Source: Spirochaetia bacterium (GTDB lineage Bacteria > Spirochaetota > Spirochaetia > UBA9216). Taken from it: a DNA stretch of 64,000 bases. This document shows, piece by piece, positions 9,748 to 19,250 of this stretch (the stretch's first letter is position 1; each line of letters opens with the position of its first letter). Under the pieces are notes generated by a model. The model did no database searches, was not told the DNA's origin, and saw only the letters and a program-made list of their open reading frames with translations. The translations under genes and the position numbers were made by a program. Location of the stretch: NCBI GenBank assembly GCA_963677925.2, contig CAXXYH010000004.1, forward strand, positions 160,001 to 224,000, given 5' to 3'.

Positions 9748-10282
9748 ATAAATATCTCTTGAGATCTGAGACTGATGGCAGGTCTCCAACATTTTTTGAA
9801 TAATGCACAAACTTTATGACTCTGTTTTCATTCAGCAGTATTACAGCCGGCAGCTGAAGGGGATCTCCGCTGTCAGCCCCATGAATGTATCCTAGGCCCC
9901 TTGCAATATTTAATACATCATCTGTATCAGGAGCAGAAAGAGCCTCTTTAGACAGTGCAGGTGTTACTCCGAAATAATTATACAGATGTTTATCAATATC
10001 ACAGATGATGGGAAAACTAAAATTTCTGACTGAAGTCTTATCTTTCATCTCTCCCTGAGAGGTCTGCAGCACAACGGCTACCCTAAATTCATCACTCTTA
10101 AGTTTATTATAATCTGAATCAATAACACCAAGCTGATATTGTGTAAGTATACATCCGTAAAATCTGTGGAAAATCAAGAAGATTGATTTCCCATCCATCA
10201 ACTCAGATAATTTTACACATTTTAAGGGTAAATCAATTTGGAAATCGGGAATTATCTCACCGGGCTTCAATCTTCGGATCAT
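9737..10282 (-). CDS. AhpC/TSA peroxiredoxin-like protein
   Basis: FHRFYGCILTQ (CxxT instead of CxxC), FPIICD, GDPLQLPAV, HYSKNVGDLP. Confidence 0.75.
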   Translation of the reverse strand: MIRRLKPGEIIPDFQIDLPLKCVKLSELMDGKSIFLIFHRFYGCILTQYQLGVIDSDYNKLKSDEFRVAVVLQTSQGEMKDKTSVRNFSFPIICDIDKHLYNYFGVTPALSKEALSAPDTDDVLNIARGLGYIHGADSGDPLQLPAVILLNENRVIKFVHYSKNVGDLPSVSDLKRYLYGL

Positions 10283-10351
10283 TAAGTATCTCCAGGAATA
10301 TTATAGATTCCATGAAATGATTTCGTTTTCATGGAATCTTTTAATATTAAA

Positions 10352-11122
10352 TCAGTGAAGATGAATCTCACAATTCATTTCTTCTGCCATTTCATCCCAA
10401 TGCTTCATTCGTCTTTTCAGCTCTTTTTTGCTTTCTTCATCTTCCCTGAATGCGATAGCTGTCCAGGGCATTTCATCAAGAGCAGTTACAACTTCATCAA
10501 TTTTATTGAAGGGGATCGAAATCATTCTTAATCCAGGAGCGAAGGCCTTTCTTCGTTTAAGACCGTGATAGTATCCGGTCGTTATGTGATTGACCTTGCC
10601 GGAAATATAAGGATAGGCATACATCCAGGCGCAGCTTAGCACCGGAGTAGATTTTGACTCCCACAGATCCCCTGAAATATATGATGTAGCACGCATAATT
10701 ATCTCAGCCTTCTCCAGCTCTGCAAATACTACAATTAAATCAGGGTCAAAATCACAAATGCTTACCGGAGAAAAAACTACATAATTCACTGTATTAGGTT
10801 CGATGATAGGCAGCTGAGAATAAAGTTTCTGATTCGGCGCTGGCGTTTTATACATTTCAAAATCATACCCGGCCTGCCCTGAGGCTGTAATGGGAGGTTT
10901 TGGGATCATGCCCAAAGCAACCTGTCCGTAACAGGCATCATTATCTTTTGTTACAAAAAACTGTTCACCCGAATCCTGACACTCTTTTACAAACTGACAA
11001 AATGCCAGTTTCTTGTCGGTCTGTTTAATTTTTTCCGGTTTTACCGGAAGATATTTTATTGCTACAGCCGGAATATTCAATTCAAGCTTATTAAATATTT
11101 CTTTCGCTTTATCGCTTAACAT
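10352..11122 (-). CDS. DUF169 domain protein
   Basis: PAVAIKY, FCQFV, ACYG..ALG, FDPDLIVV, LSCAW..AYPYISGKVN pattern. Confidence 0.8.
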   Translation of the reverse strand: MLSDKAKEIFNKLELNIPAVAIKYLPVKPEKIKQTDKKLAFCQFVKECQDSGEQFFVTKDNDACYGQVALGMIPKPPITASGQAGYDFEMYKTPAPNQKLYSQLPIIEPNTVNYVVFSPVSICDFDPDLIVVFAELEKAEIIMRATSYISGDLWESKSTPVLSCAWMYAYPYISGKVNHITTGYYHGLKRRKAFAPGLRMISIPFNKIDEVVTALDEMPWTAIAFREDEESKKELKRRMKHWDEMAEEMNCEIHLH

Positions 11123-11258
11123 ATATAGTCCTTTTTCTTAAAACAAATTTCGGGCTATTTTCCGAAAAGTGAGTTTTAGATTTAATCTTTAGTTTAAAAG
11201 ATCAGGTCAGATGCTGATGGTTTACTTTATAAGTTTCACCAGCAGTTGACCTGACAGC

Positions 11259-12536
11259 TTATTTTAATACGGCAACCAGGAATTCAGACATCCAGGGCGA
11301 AAAGCCTACGAGAATCAAAGCTGCAATCATTGCAAGAACAAACGGAAGAGCGGCTTTTATAATTTTATCTGAAGACAGCCCTGTCATAGTCTGGGCAACA
11401 AATATATTTGCACAAACCGGCGGCGTAACAAATGCAATTGAGAGAGCCAGAATCATTATCACTCCAAAATGAAGTGTGCTGATTCCAACCGAATTAGCAA
11501 CAGCAAGAAGTACAGGTGAGAAAATTACTATTGCAGGTGTAGTTTGAACGAACATTCCGATTAAAAACAGAATTCCAAAAATAAACAGAAGTATAATTCC
11601 GGGGCTCGTGGAAATCCCCAGGAAGAAGCCGGTAATAGTTTTTGTAACACCCAAATATGCAAAAACTGTACCCAGAGCAGCTGCAGGCGCTACAGTCAGC
11701 ATCATACCGCCATTAAAGGTTGTGGTATCCTTGAACATTTTCCATAATCCTGCAAACGTAACTTCCTTATACACAAAAACACCAACAATGATACCGTATA
11801 CGGTAGCAACTACAGCAGCTTCGGTCGCGGTAAAAATACCAGCATATATACCGCCGAGAATTATAATCGGCATAAGCAGTGCGAGCTTTGCACTCCATAT
11901 AGCTTTTGCTGCTTTCTTCACCGATACCTTATGTGTTCCTTTTAGTCCGTGCTTCCTGGCATATACATAATTAACAATCATCAGCATAAGACCGACAACA
12001 ACAGCCGGTACAATTCCAGCAATAAAGAGATCTCCTATAGATTCATTGTTTGTTATTCCATATATGACCATCGGATAACTTGGGGGTACAATTATTCCCA
12101 GACCTCCGGCTACAGCACATAGGCCTGTTGCATAGTGCTTATCATATCCTGCTCTTACCATCTCTGGAATCATAATAATTCCGATTGCGGCTACCGTAGC
12201 GACAGCGGATCCTGATACAGCACCGAAAAACATACAGGAAAGTATTGCAACCATTCCGAGGCTGCCTGTTACATTTCCGATCAAAGAATTAGCTACATTT
12301 ACAAGACGTTTAGAAATGCCTCCTATATCCATAATATTTCCGCATATCATGAAAAAAGGAAGAGCTATCATAGTAAATGAAGCTGTACCGTTATAGAGAG
12401 TCTGCGCGATGAACTCCGGTGAAGTAATGGGATTCATAAGGAGTAAAACAAAGGTCGGCAATATCAGGCTGATACCGATAGGCACCCCTATTGCGAACAA
12501 TACAAACATTAAAATAAACATAATTGCAACTGACAT
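11259..12536 (-). CDS. dctM: TRAP transporter large permease
   Basis: ALPFFM..G.IM..GG, FFGAVSGS..AT, LGIIVPPS, GGIYAGIFTATEAA, TPPV motifs. Confidence 0.93.
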   Translation of the reverse strand: MSVAIMFILMFVLFAIGVPIGISLILPTFVLLLMNPITSPEFIAQTLYNGTASFTMIALPFFMICGNIMDIGGISKRLVNVANSLIGNVTGSLGMVAILSCMFFGAVSGSAVATVAAIGIIMIPEMVRAGYDKHYATGLCAVAGGLGIIVPPSYPMVIYGITNNESIGDLFIAGIVPAVVVGLMLMIVNYVYARKHGLKGTHKVSVKKAAKAIWSAKLALLMPIIILGGIYAGIFTATEAAVVATVYGIIVGVFVYKEVTFAGLWKMFKDTTTFNGGMMLTVAPAAALGTVFAYLGVTKTITGFFLGISTSPGIILLFIFGILFLIGMFVQTTPAIVIFSPVLLAVANSVGISTLHFGVIMILALSIAFVTPPVCANIFVAQTMTGLSSDKIIKAALPFVLAMIAALILVGFSPWMSEFLVAVLK

Positions 12537-13090
12537 TAGTTCGCACCTCCCTGTTCTTTTTCCAGTTCGTCAAAATTTATTGCAGGTACAGATGCACCTA
12601 TTTCTTTTTCCTGTTCATGAACCAATCTATAGATATCGTAAATAAGTTTTATACTTGAAATTGTCAGCATCAAGGGGATAAAGCCGTAGCTAAGCCGTTT
12701 TGGAAAATCCAAAATAGGAGAAGAAGCGTTTCCAAGGCCTTCAATGATATTTAAAAATGGAAACACTATATAAGTATTAAACCCGATGAATATAACATCA
12801 CTGATAATTAAAAGTATTTTTTTTACTTTAAACGGAACCGCATTCAATAAAGCATCGATTCGTAAATGTTTACGGTATGTGACTGCACTCGAAATTCCGA
12901 GATAGGTCATCCATAAAAACATTATTATTCCCAGTTCTTCGGTCCAGGTAATTGAATGCTTAAAAAGATACCTGCTGACAACCTGTACAGTCAGCAACAG
13001 CATAATAAAGATAAACAATACTGCACCAAGATATTTATCGATATTCGCTACATATTTTAACCACTTAAGGTTAAATTGTTTTTCCTTCAT
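12536..13090 (-). CDS. dctQ: TRAP transporter small permease
   Basis: QVVSRYLF..SITWTEEL, HLRID; four TMs. Confidence 0.92.
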   Translation of the reverse strand: MKEKQFNLKWLKYVANIDKYLGAVLFIFIMLLLTVQVVSRYLFKHSITWTEELGIIMFLWMTYLGISSAVTYRKHLRIDALLNAVPFKVKKILLIISDVIFIGFNTYIVFPFLNIIEGLGNASSPILDFPKRLSYGFIPLMLTISSIKLIYDIYRLVHEQEKEIGASVPAINFDELEKEQGGAN

Positions 13091-13113
13091 TGTAATAATC
13101 CTTCAATGATTAC

Positions 13114-13150
13114 AAAAAGTGTGCAGTATTAAACCATACTGCACACTCTT
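13114..13150 (-). terminator. Stem-loop between dctP and dctQ
   Basis: AGTGTGCAGTAT-TAAACC-ATACTGCACACT with an A-tract on the left (U-tract on the minus strand). Confidence 0.6.
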
Positions 13151-13179
13151 TTAATTAAATATAGTCAATATATCTTATT

Positions 13180-14256
13180 TTATTTTTCAGCTGCTTCAAC
13201 AGTTTCCAATAATGCATTATACCTGGCTTCACCCATCAGCTTTTCTGCATCTGTCCAGGCCTTTGATGCTGCAGCTCTAAAAGCCTTACTCTCACTGATA
13301 GTAGGTTCATAGATTTCAACACCTTCACCCCGAAGTAAATCAGCATATTCTTCTTCAGTACTGGCTGCAGCTATACGGCTGGCTTCTTTACATGCCAGAC
13401 TTGCAGCGTCTACTGCAGCCTTCTGGTTATCAGAAAGATCATCATAAACCTTTTTGTTCATAAATATAAATGTTGAAGTAAATGAATGTCTCGAGAGTGT
13501 CGCATAAGACTGAACTTCATACAGCTTGTTACTGTAAATTGTAGACAGTGGATTTTCCTGAGCATCAACCAGGTGCTGCTGCAGAGCGCTGTATAATTCA
13601 GAGAAAGGTGTAGGAGTAACTGTTGCACCCAAAGCTTCCATAGCTGCGATCTGAAGTTTGTCATTCATGGTTCTAATCTTCAGGCCTTTCATATCAGCCG
13701 GACTTTTAATCGGTTTTTTTGAGTTTGTAATATTACGGAAACCAATATCCATATAGGCTAATGCTTTTATGGATGGAACATCTGCTTCCAGCTTTTTCAT
13801 CATCTGTTCGCCTATTTCACCATCCATAACTGCGTGAACACTGTCAAAGCCTGAATACAGATAGGGAACATTAAGTTCAGCAAAGGCATCTGTATATTCA
13901 GCCCAGTTTCCGGTAGCAAAATGAGAAACTTCAAAACCACCTGTCTGAATTCCATTTACTGTTTCATCTGCTTTCTTTGCAAGCATAGCATCTGAGAAAA
14001 CTTTCACTTCAATCGTCCCGTTTGACTCTTCCTGTACAGTCCTGACCCAGGTATTCAGCCCTCTTGCCATTGAAGTATTATCTGCATCAAGCTCCTTTTG
14101 AGTAACAATAGTAGACAGCCTGAGTTTGACAACTTTCTCTGTATTATCCTGCGCCTGAGAATCGGCAGGAGCCTCTTTTTTCGCACATCCTGATACAAAA
14201 ACTAGTAATAAAACCGCGATCAAACTTAATGCAGTAAATTTTTTGTTGAATTTCAT
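13180..14256 (-). CDS. dctP: TRAP transporter solute-binding lipoprotein
   Basis: Lipobox VSGC; GFRNITN, DMKGLKIRT, FSELYSALQQ..VDAQENP. Confidence 0.93.
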   Translation of the reverse strand: MKFNKKFTALSLIAVLLLVFVSGCAKKEAPADSQAQDNTEKVVKLRLSTIVTQKELDADNTSMARGLNTWVRTVQEESNGTIEVKVFSDAMLAKKADETVNGIQTGGFEVSHFATGNWAEYTDAFAELNVPYLYSGFDSVHAVMDGEIGEQMMKKLEADVPSIKALAYMDIGFRNITNSKKPIKSPADMKGLKIRTMNDKLQIAAMEALGATVTPTPFSELYSALQQHLVDAQENPLSTIYSNKLYEVQSYATLSRHSFTSTFIFMNKKVYDDLSDNQKAAVDAASLACKEASRIAAASTEEEYADLLRGEGVEIYEPTISESKAFRAAASKAWTDAEKLMGEARYNALLETVEAAEK

Positions 14257-14320
14257 TAACCTCTCCTAAATTTTTTGAAGATCCATAGTCTCAAGGTCTT
14301 ACCTATTAACCACAGATGTC

Positions 14321-14336
14321 TACTTGTATAACAACC
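14321..14336. promoter_or_regulatory. FadR/GntR-type operator upstream of dctP
   Basis: TACTTGTATAACAACC, identical to 15332-15347; core palindrome TTGT-ATA-ACAA; weaker copies near 14418 and 14467. Confidence 0.75.
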
Positions 14337-14523
14337 TAACCATCTAACACATATTAGCATACATTTTTTATAAGTCAAATTTTTTCATAAATATTTTCAT
14401 CTGCCTAAAAGTGGACCTTGTTATAAAAACACTTTAACTTGCAAAATAAAGTAAATTCTGTAATGATACTTGTATTACAGTCAGATAGATTAACATATCA
14501 ACAGGACTGAAGGAGCTAGTTCA

Positions 14524-15231
14524 TTGGCTAAAATTGTAAAATCTAACTTAATTGATAAAATATTTGATTATATAACTGAACAAATTCTATCAGGGAACTG
14601 GAAGGCCAACACGAAAATACCTTCGGAAACCGAATTAGCAGAAACCTTGGGTGTCAGCAGAATGTCTCTCAGAATGGCAATTCAAAAATCAAACGTACTC
14701 GGCTTAACAGAAACCCTTGTAGGAGAAGGTACCTTTGTAAGAGATTTTAATATGCGAAGTTATTTCAATGAACTTTATAATTCTAAAATTCTGACAAAAG
14801 ACTATAATGTAATAAATGACTTCCGAATGATTCTTCAGATAGGAAGTATACGCCTTGCGTTTGAAAAAGACTCATACGGGAAAGGAGTCAAAGAACTGGA
14901 GAAAATATACTCTGCAATGGAAACTGCAGCTGCAGATGATGATGTTGAAAAATTTAATTCTCTGGATGCTCAATTCCACCAGACAGTCTGCGGGCTTTCC
15001 GACAATCTGCTTATGACAATGCTGTATGATGCTATCCACCACAGTTTCAATGAAGCTATGGCCCAGAACCTGCAGCGTTCTGTAAAAGATTCAGGTTCTT
15101 ATGAGAATGTCCTGAGGTTTCATAAAACAATGCTTGATGGCATCAAAGAAAAAGATATTCAAAAATGTATCGAAATGGAAATGGAATCAAGAGTTCGTTC
15201 ATATCGATATTATAAAAAGATGTCAGAATAA
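14524..15231 (+). CDS. GntR/FadR family transcriptional regulator
   Basis: KIPSETELAETLGVSRMSLR...GEGTFV wHTH; FCD domain 'DAQFHQTV..LSDN'. Confidence 0.92.
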   Translation: MAKIVKSNLIDKIFDYITEQILSGNWKANTKIPSETELAETLGVSRMSLRMAIQKSNVLGLTETLVGEGTFVRDFNMRSYFNELYNSKILTKDYNVINDFRMILQIGSIRLAFEKDSYGKGVKELEKIYSAMETAAADDDVEKFNSLDAQFHQTVCGLSDNLLMTMLYDAIHHSFNEAMAQNLQRSVKDSGSYENVLRFHKTMLDGIKEKDIQKCIEMEMESRVRSYRYYKKMSE

Positions 15232-15331
15232 GATCTCCTGGTCATAGTCACTGTACTTCAAAAACATTTTAACTCCAAAATAAGTTTCAAAATTAAATTT
15301 ATGTTGACATGAATCAAATCGAGTATTAGTA

Positions 15332-15355
15332 TACTTGTATAACAACCATACAAGT
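15332..15355. promoter_or_regulatory. FadR/GntR-type operator at the promoter of the enolase-family gene
   Basis: TACTTGTATAACAACCATACAAGT, downstream of TTGACA (15304-15309). Confidence 0.75.
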
Positions 15356-15415
15356 GGCTATATTTTAACAGACCACAGCCATCTGAAAATTTCACGTTTA
15401 AGGGAAAGATTTAAG

Positions 15416-16606
15416 ATGAAAATTACAAGTATCGATGTATTCGAACTGAATCCTAACGTTATGGGAGGAGTTATCTGTGTAAGAATAAACACAGATAAAG
15501 GAATCTCAGGCTTTGGAGAAGTAGGCTTATCATACGGAAAAGCACATTATGCCGGTGTTGGGATTGCGAGAGATTTTGGTGCTCTTCTCATCGGTATGGA
15601 TCCAAGAAAGATTGAAGCTATCTGGGAACATATATTCCGGACAACATTCTGGGGAATGGGCGGCGGTACCGTAATCAACGCGGGTATCAGTGCTATCGAC
15701 ACAGCACTCTGGGATATCAAAGGTAAAGCCCTGGGGGTTCCCGTCTATGAACTGCTGGGCGGTAAAACAAACGAGAAAATAAGAACCTATGCAAGCCAGC
15801 TGCAGTTTGACTGGGATGAGGAACACCGCTTCCTTACTGAACCTGAGCAGTATGCTGAAGCAACCCGAAAGGCAATGGCTGAAGGATATACAGCTATTAA
15901 AGTTGATCCGATAGGAGTTACAGCTGACGGAAAGTGGGCCCGGGAAGCGACTAACCCGGACTGGAAAATGAGGGGAAAACTCTCCAATGAAATGATCCAG
16001 ACTGCATACAACAGAACTGCTGCCATGAGGGAAGCAGGAGGGCCGGATCTGGATATAATTATTGAACTGCATTCTTTCACTGATACAATTACTGCAATTC
16101 AGCTTGGTCAGGCTCTTGAAGATCTGAATATTTATTATTATGAAGAACCCGTTCATCCGCTGAATGCAATCTCAATGCTTGAGATTCATAATAATGTAAA
16201 TATTCCCATAGCAAGCGGGGAAAGAATCTACACCCGATGGGGTTTCAGGGATTTCCTTGAAAAAAGAGCCATTCAGGTTATTCAGCCGGATCTTTGTATC
16301 ACCGGTGGAATAACAGAAACCAAGAAAATCTGTGATATGGCAAATACATATGACTGCGGTGTACAGCTTCATATCTGCGGGGGACCGATTGCTACTGCAG
16401 CTTCACTCCAGGTAGAAGCTGTTATTCCCAACTTCCTGATTCATGAGCTTCATGAAGGGGCTTTAAAGAAGGGAATGCGTGAACTCTGCGTACATGATTA
16501 CATGCCTGAAAACGGATTTTACGAAGTTCCGGATCTTCCCGGAATCGGTCAGGAACTTACTGAAAAGGCAATGTCTGAAGCCGTCAATGTTTATACTATA
16601 AAATAG
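15416..16606 (+). CDS. Mandelate racemase/muconate lactonizing enzyme family protein (probable acid-sugar dehydratase)
   Basis: AISAIDTALWDIKGKALGVPVYELLGGK, KVD, IELH, YEEP, GERIY, QPD; start MKITSID. Confidence 0.92.
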   Translation: MKITSIDVFELNPNVMGGVICVRINTDKGISGFGEVGLSYGKAHYAGVGIARDFGALLIGMDPRKIEAIWEHIFRTTFWGMGGGTVINAGISAIDTALWDIKGKALGVPVYELLGGKTNEKIRTYASQLQFDWDEEHRFLTEPEQYAEATRKAMAEGYTAIKVDPIGVTADGKWAREATNPDWKMRGKLSNEMIQTAYNRTAAMREAGGPDLDIIIELHSFTDTITAIQLGQALEDLNIYYYEEPVHPLNAISMLEIHNNVNIPIASGERIYTRWGFRDFLEKRAIQVIQPDLCITGGITETKKICDMANTYDCGVQLHICGGPIATAASLQVEAVIPNFLIHELHEGALKKGMRELCVHDYMPENGFYEVPDLPGIGQELTEKAMSEAVNVYTIK

Positions 16607-16650
16607 AAGAAATTAAGGTAAAACAGTATAAGCCTAAATATTTCAGCAAG

Positions 16651-16682
16651 AAGGAGAGCAACTAACCTGCTCTCCTTTTTTT
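16651..16682 (+). terminator. Rho-independent terminator
   Basis: AAGGAGAGCA-ACTAACC-TGCTCTCCTT followed by a T-run. Confidence 0.8.
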
Positions 16683-16724
16683 GAGTCCATTATCAACCGA
16701 CAGGCTGTATCAGTATTATGCAAA

Positions 16725-17516
16725 TTAAATAAACCACTTCACAATATTATAGATACAGATACAGATTATTATCGCCATAACTACGCAGAAAAGCCTGTCC
16801 ACATCCTTGTGCGTCATTCTGCCCAGAAGCTTAGAACCTATCATCCCGCCGCTTATTCCGCCGACAATCATAAGCACAAGTGTAAGCAAATTGAACGGCG
16901 GAATATTACTGCCTGAGAATGTAAAGATTAAATTGGCGACCTGTGAGAAAAAGATAATATACAAAGAGGTAAGGGCCGCTCTTTTAGAATCCATTGCAAA
17001 GAAAAAATACAAAACTGCAAGGTTAATTGGACCTCCGCCTATGCCCAGAAAGCTGGCAAAACAGCCGAGAATAATCCCGGTAAGCAGGCAGAAGCCGCTG
17101 TTTTTAATGTGCAGCGGTTTAATCTTTTCTTTGTTAAGAGTGAAGACAAATACGCCAGCAGTCATCAGAAGAAGGAGTGAAGACTGAGTCACTCCGATTA
17201 CAAGCTCATTGCTGTGGGCCGCTTTTATCATATCAAAAAGAAACTTTCCGATAAGCCCGCCTACAATAGCTCCTGCGGCCATCTGCGAACCTATACGCTT
17301 GTCAAGTTTTATATCTGATTTACGGTTTCGAATAAGTGAAGATGCAGTCATAGATAAAACCGTACTTCCTGATAAGAAACCGACTGACGCAACACTCATC
17401 GGACTTATCAAATCCAGTAATGGCTTAATAATGACACCGCCGCCTATTCCGCTTATAGCACCAACAACTGATGCTATGATACTTATAAAAAAATAGATTA
17501 ATACAATTATACTCAT
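16725..17516 (-). CDS. TauE/SafE (TSUP) family membrane transporter
   Basis: GAISGIGGGVIIKP and FLGIGGGPIN repeated motifs; ~8 TMs. Confidence 0.9.
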   Translation of the reverse strand: MSIIVLIYFFISIIASVVGAISGIGGGVIIKPLLDLISPMSVASVGFLSGSTVLSMTASSLIRNRKSDIKLDKRIGSQMAAGAIVGGLIGKFLFDMIKAAHSNELVIGVTQSSLLLLMTAGVFVFTLNKEKIKPLHIKNSGFCLLTGIILGCFASFLGIGGGPINLAVLYFFFAMDSKRAALTSLYIIFFSQVANLIFTFSGSNIPPFNLLTLVLMIVGGISGGMIGSKLLGRMTHKDVDRLFCVVMAIIICICIYNIVKWFI

Positions 17517-17557
17517 CTTTTAATTCCGGAGACAGTTTAGAGTATTATTGAAGTTTA

Positions 17558-19213
17558 TCAAAGCCTGGCCTCAAAAAGTGTTTCAACTTCTCCCTCGCAA
17601 AGTGCTGAATCAAAATAACTGAAATCATCAATGGCACCCTTGAAGTATGAGCTGTCGTAGTACCCTGTTCCGCCGAATATACAGGTGTCCGCACTGTAAA
17701 AGTATGAAGCATATGATTCATCTTCTTCAGCAAGTTCTCCGTCAAGATACAATTGCACCGATGATTCAGACTTTACCAGGCTGACCATATGCCAGAGGCC
17801 GTCGGAGAGTTCAGTATTTCCGCCTGCAGTTCGTGTCAGCTCGGGGCTTATACTGTCTGCATACAATTGAAGATCCAGCCCGGAATAAGAGTCATACCTG
17901 ACTGAAATTACAGCATCAGAATAGGCATCACAGCACTCAAAAACCAGGTAGTCTGTCTCACCTTCATAAGGCTTTATCCAGAAAACATATAAAAACTCAG
18001 GACTGTCCATCACACCAAGGGAATCATAAATTTCGAATGAGGCATATTCCCATAAGAACCAGAGCGCCGAATCAGTATAAGAGAACCGGTCATAAGTAAA
18101 ATCCATATTGTAATAATATTCTGTAAAATATCCGTAATCGGGGGTAAAATTGCCGTCAAAATCATATTGGAAAACAGTTTCTTCCATTATATCATCATAT
18201 AAATACATGATGTCACGCGCGGATATTACAATTCCGGAGGCTTCACTGAACTCCATAATGATGCTTTCATTATCGTCTGCATAGAAAATCAGATCGGAAA
18301 CTTCAGCATAGTCATCCCGCACCGTAAGGATATTTTGCGTATTTACGGACAATCTATAAGTTCGGGAAGCCCCTGCTTCAATATCAGAATAACCGATTTT
18401 AACCTCATCCATCTGCTGCTCTATAGGCTCACCATTCAGGTAGATTCTTACTATATACTCTTCAAGATTGTTAAATGTGAGAGATATTGATTTGACATTA
18501 GGGTCTCCGACAGCAGGTATTTCATGGCTTTTTCCTGCTTCATCTATGGTAAAGATAAATTCTTCAGACTTTTCAGCTGTAAGAACGGTTGTTCCGGCTA
18601 CACTTCCATTGCTGTAATATTTCCACAGAATATTAATTCTTCCGAAATCAACTTCAGTTGATACTCCCCGGTATTTATCATATGGGGAGAGAATGGCAAC
18701 CGGGGCAAAGGTTTCATCTCCATTAAGGTAACCTACAGCGTAATCCCAGTCTTTGGAGCCGGATTCAGGAGGATAAAAAATTATCTCTCCTGAATCTTCA
18801 GCAGTCGAAGACCCCGGAACCCACTCCCGTATTACTCCTGAACTATATAGTTTGGTAATCCAGCTGTAATCCGCATTTTCTACGTAAATGTCATCTTCAG
18901 AATCCACAGAAAATGCAGGAAGCAGCCAGAGGTTTTTCAACCCATCCGACTCCATTTTGATTTTTATCAGCAGATCACTCCCGGCTTTTACCGTTCCAAG
19001 GGCATCACCATTAACACAGAGGATATAATCTTCGCTTAGCTCCTCAGCATTAATCCTGAGGTTTCCATCATAACAGGATGAAAGAAATGGATATAGATAT
19101 GATGAAGTATCAGTTCCAGGCCCTGTTTCAGACATATCCATAAAAAAGCTGCATCCTGTTAGAAATGCTGTAACCAAAACTATATAAAGGATCTTCGGTT
19201 CTGCTGAGTTCAT
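17558..19213 (-). CDS. Lipoprotein with novel N-terminal beta domains and a C-terminal LamG/ConA-like domain
   Basis: GGAGG RBS before ATG 19213; lipobox FLTGC; C-terminal FWIKP...DGLWHMVSLV..LYLDGE...FKGAIDDF..FDSAL...EV..LF. Confidence 0.75.
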   Translation of the reverse strand: MNSAEPKILYIVLVTAFLTGCSFFMDMSETGPGTDTSSYLYPFLSSCYDGNLRINAEELSEDYILCVNGDALGTVKAGSDLLIKIKMESDGLKNLWLLPAFSVDSEDDIYVENADYSWITKLYSSGVIREWVPGSSTAEDSGEIIFYPPESGSKDWDYAVGYLNGDETFAPVAILSPYDKYRGVSTEVDFGRINILWKYYSNGSVAGTTVLTAEKSEEFIFTIDEAGKSHEIPAVGDPNVKSISLTFNNLEEYIVRIYLNGEPIEQQMDEVKIGYSDIEAGASRTYRLSVNTQNILTVRDDYAEVSDLIFYADDNESIIMEFSEASGIVISARDIMYLYDDIMEETVFQYDFDGNFTPDYGYFTEYYYNMDFTYDRFSYTDSALWFLWEYASFEIYDSLGVMDSPEFLYVFWIKPYEGETDYLVFECCDAYSDAVISVRYDSYSGLDLQLYADSISPELTRTAGGNTELSDGLWHMVSLVKSESSVQLYLDGELAEEDESYASYFYSADTCIFGGTGYYDSSYFKGAIDDFSYFDSALCEGEVETLFEARL

Positions 19214-19250
19214 ACTGCCTCCTGCCGTCCTGATATAAATAACTGCCGGT

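Noticed and set aside
15530-16156. 208-aa minus-strand ORF
   Set aside because: Antisense shadow of the enolase-family gene.
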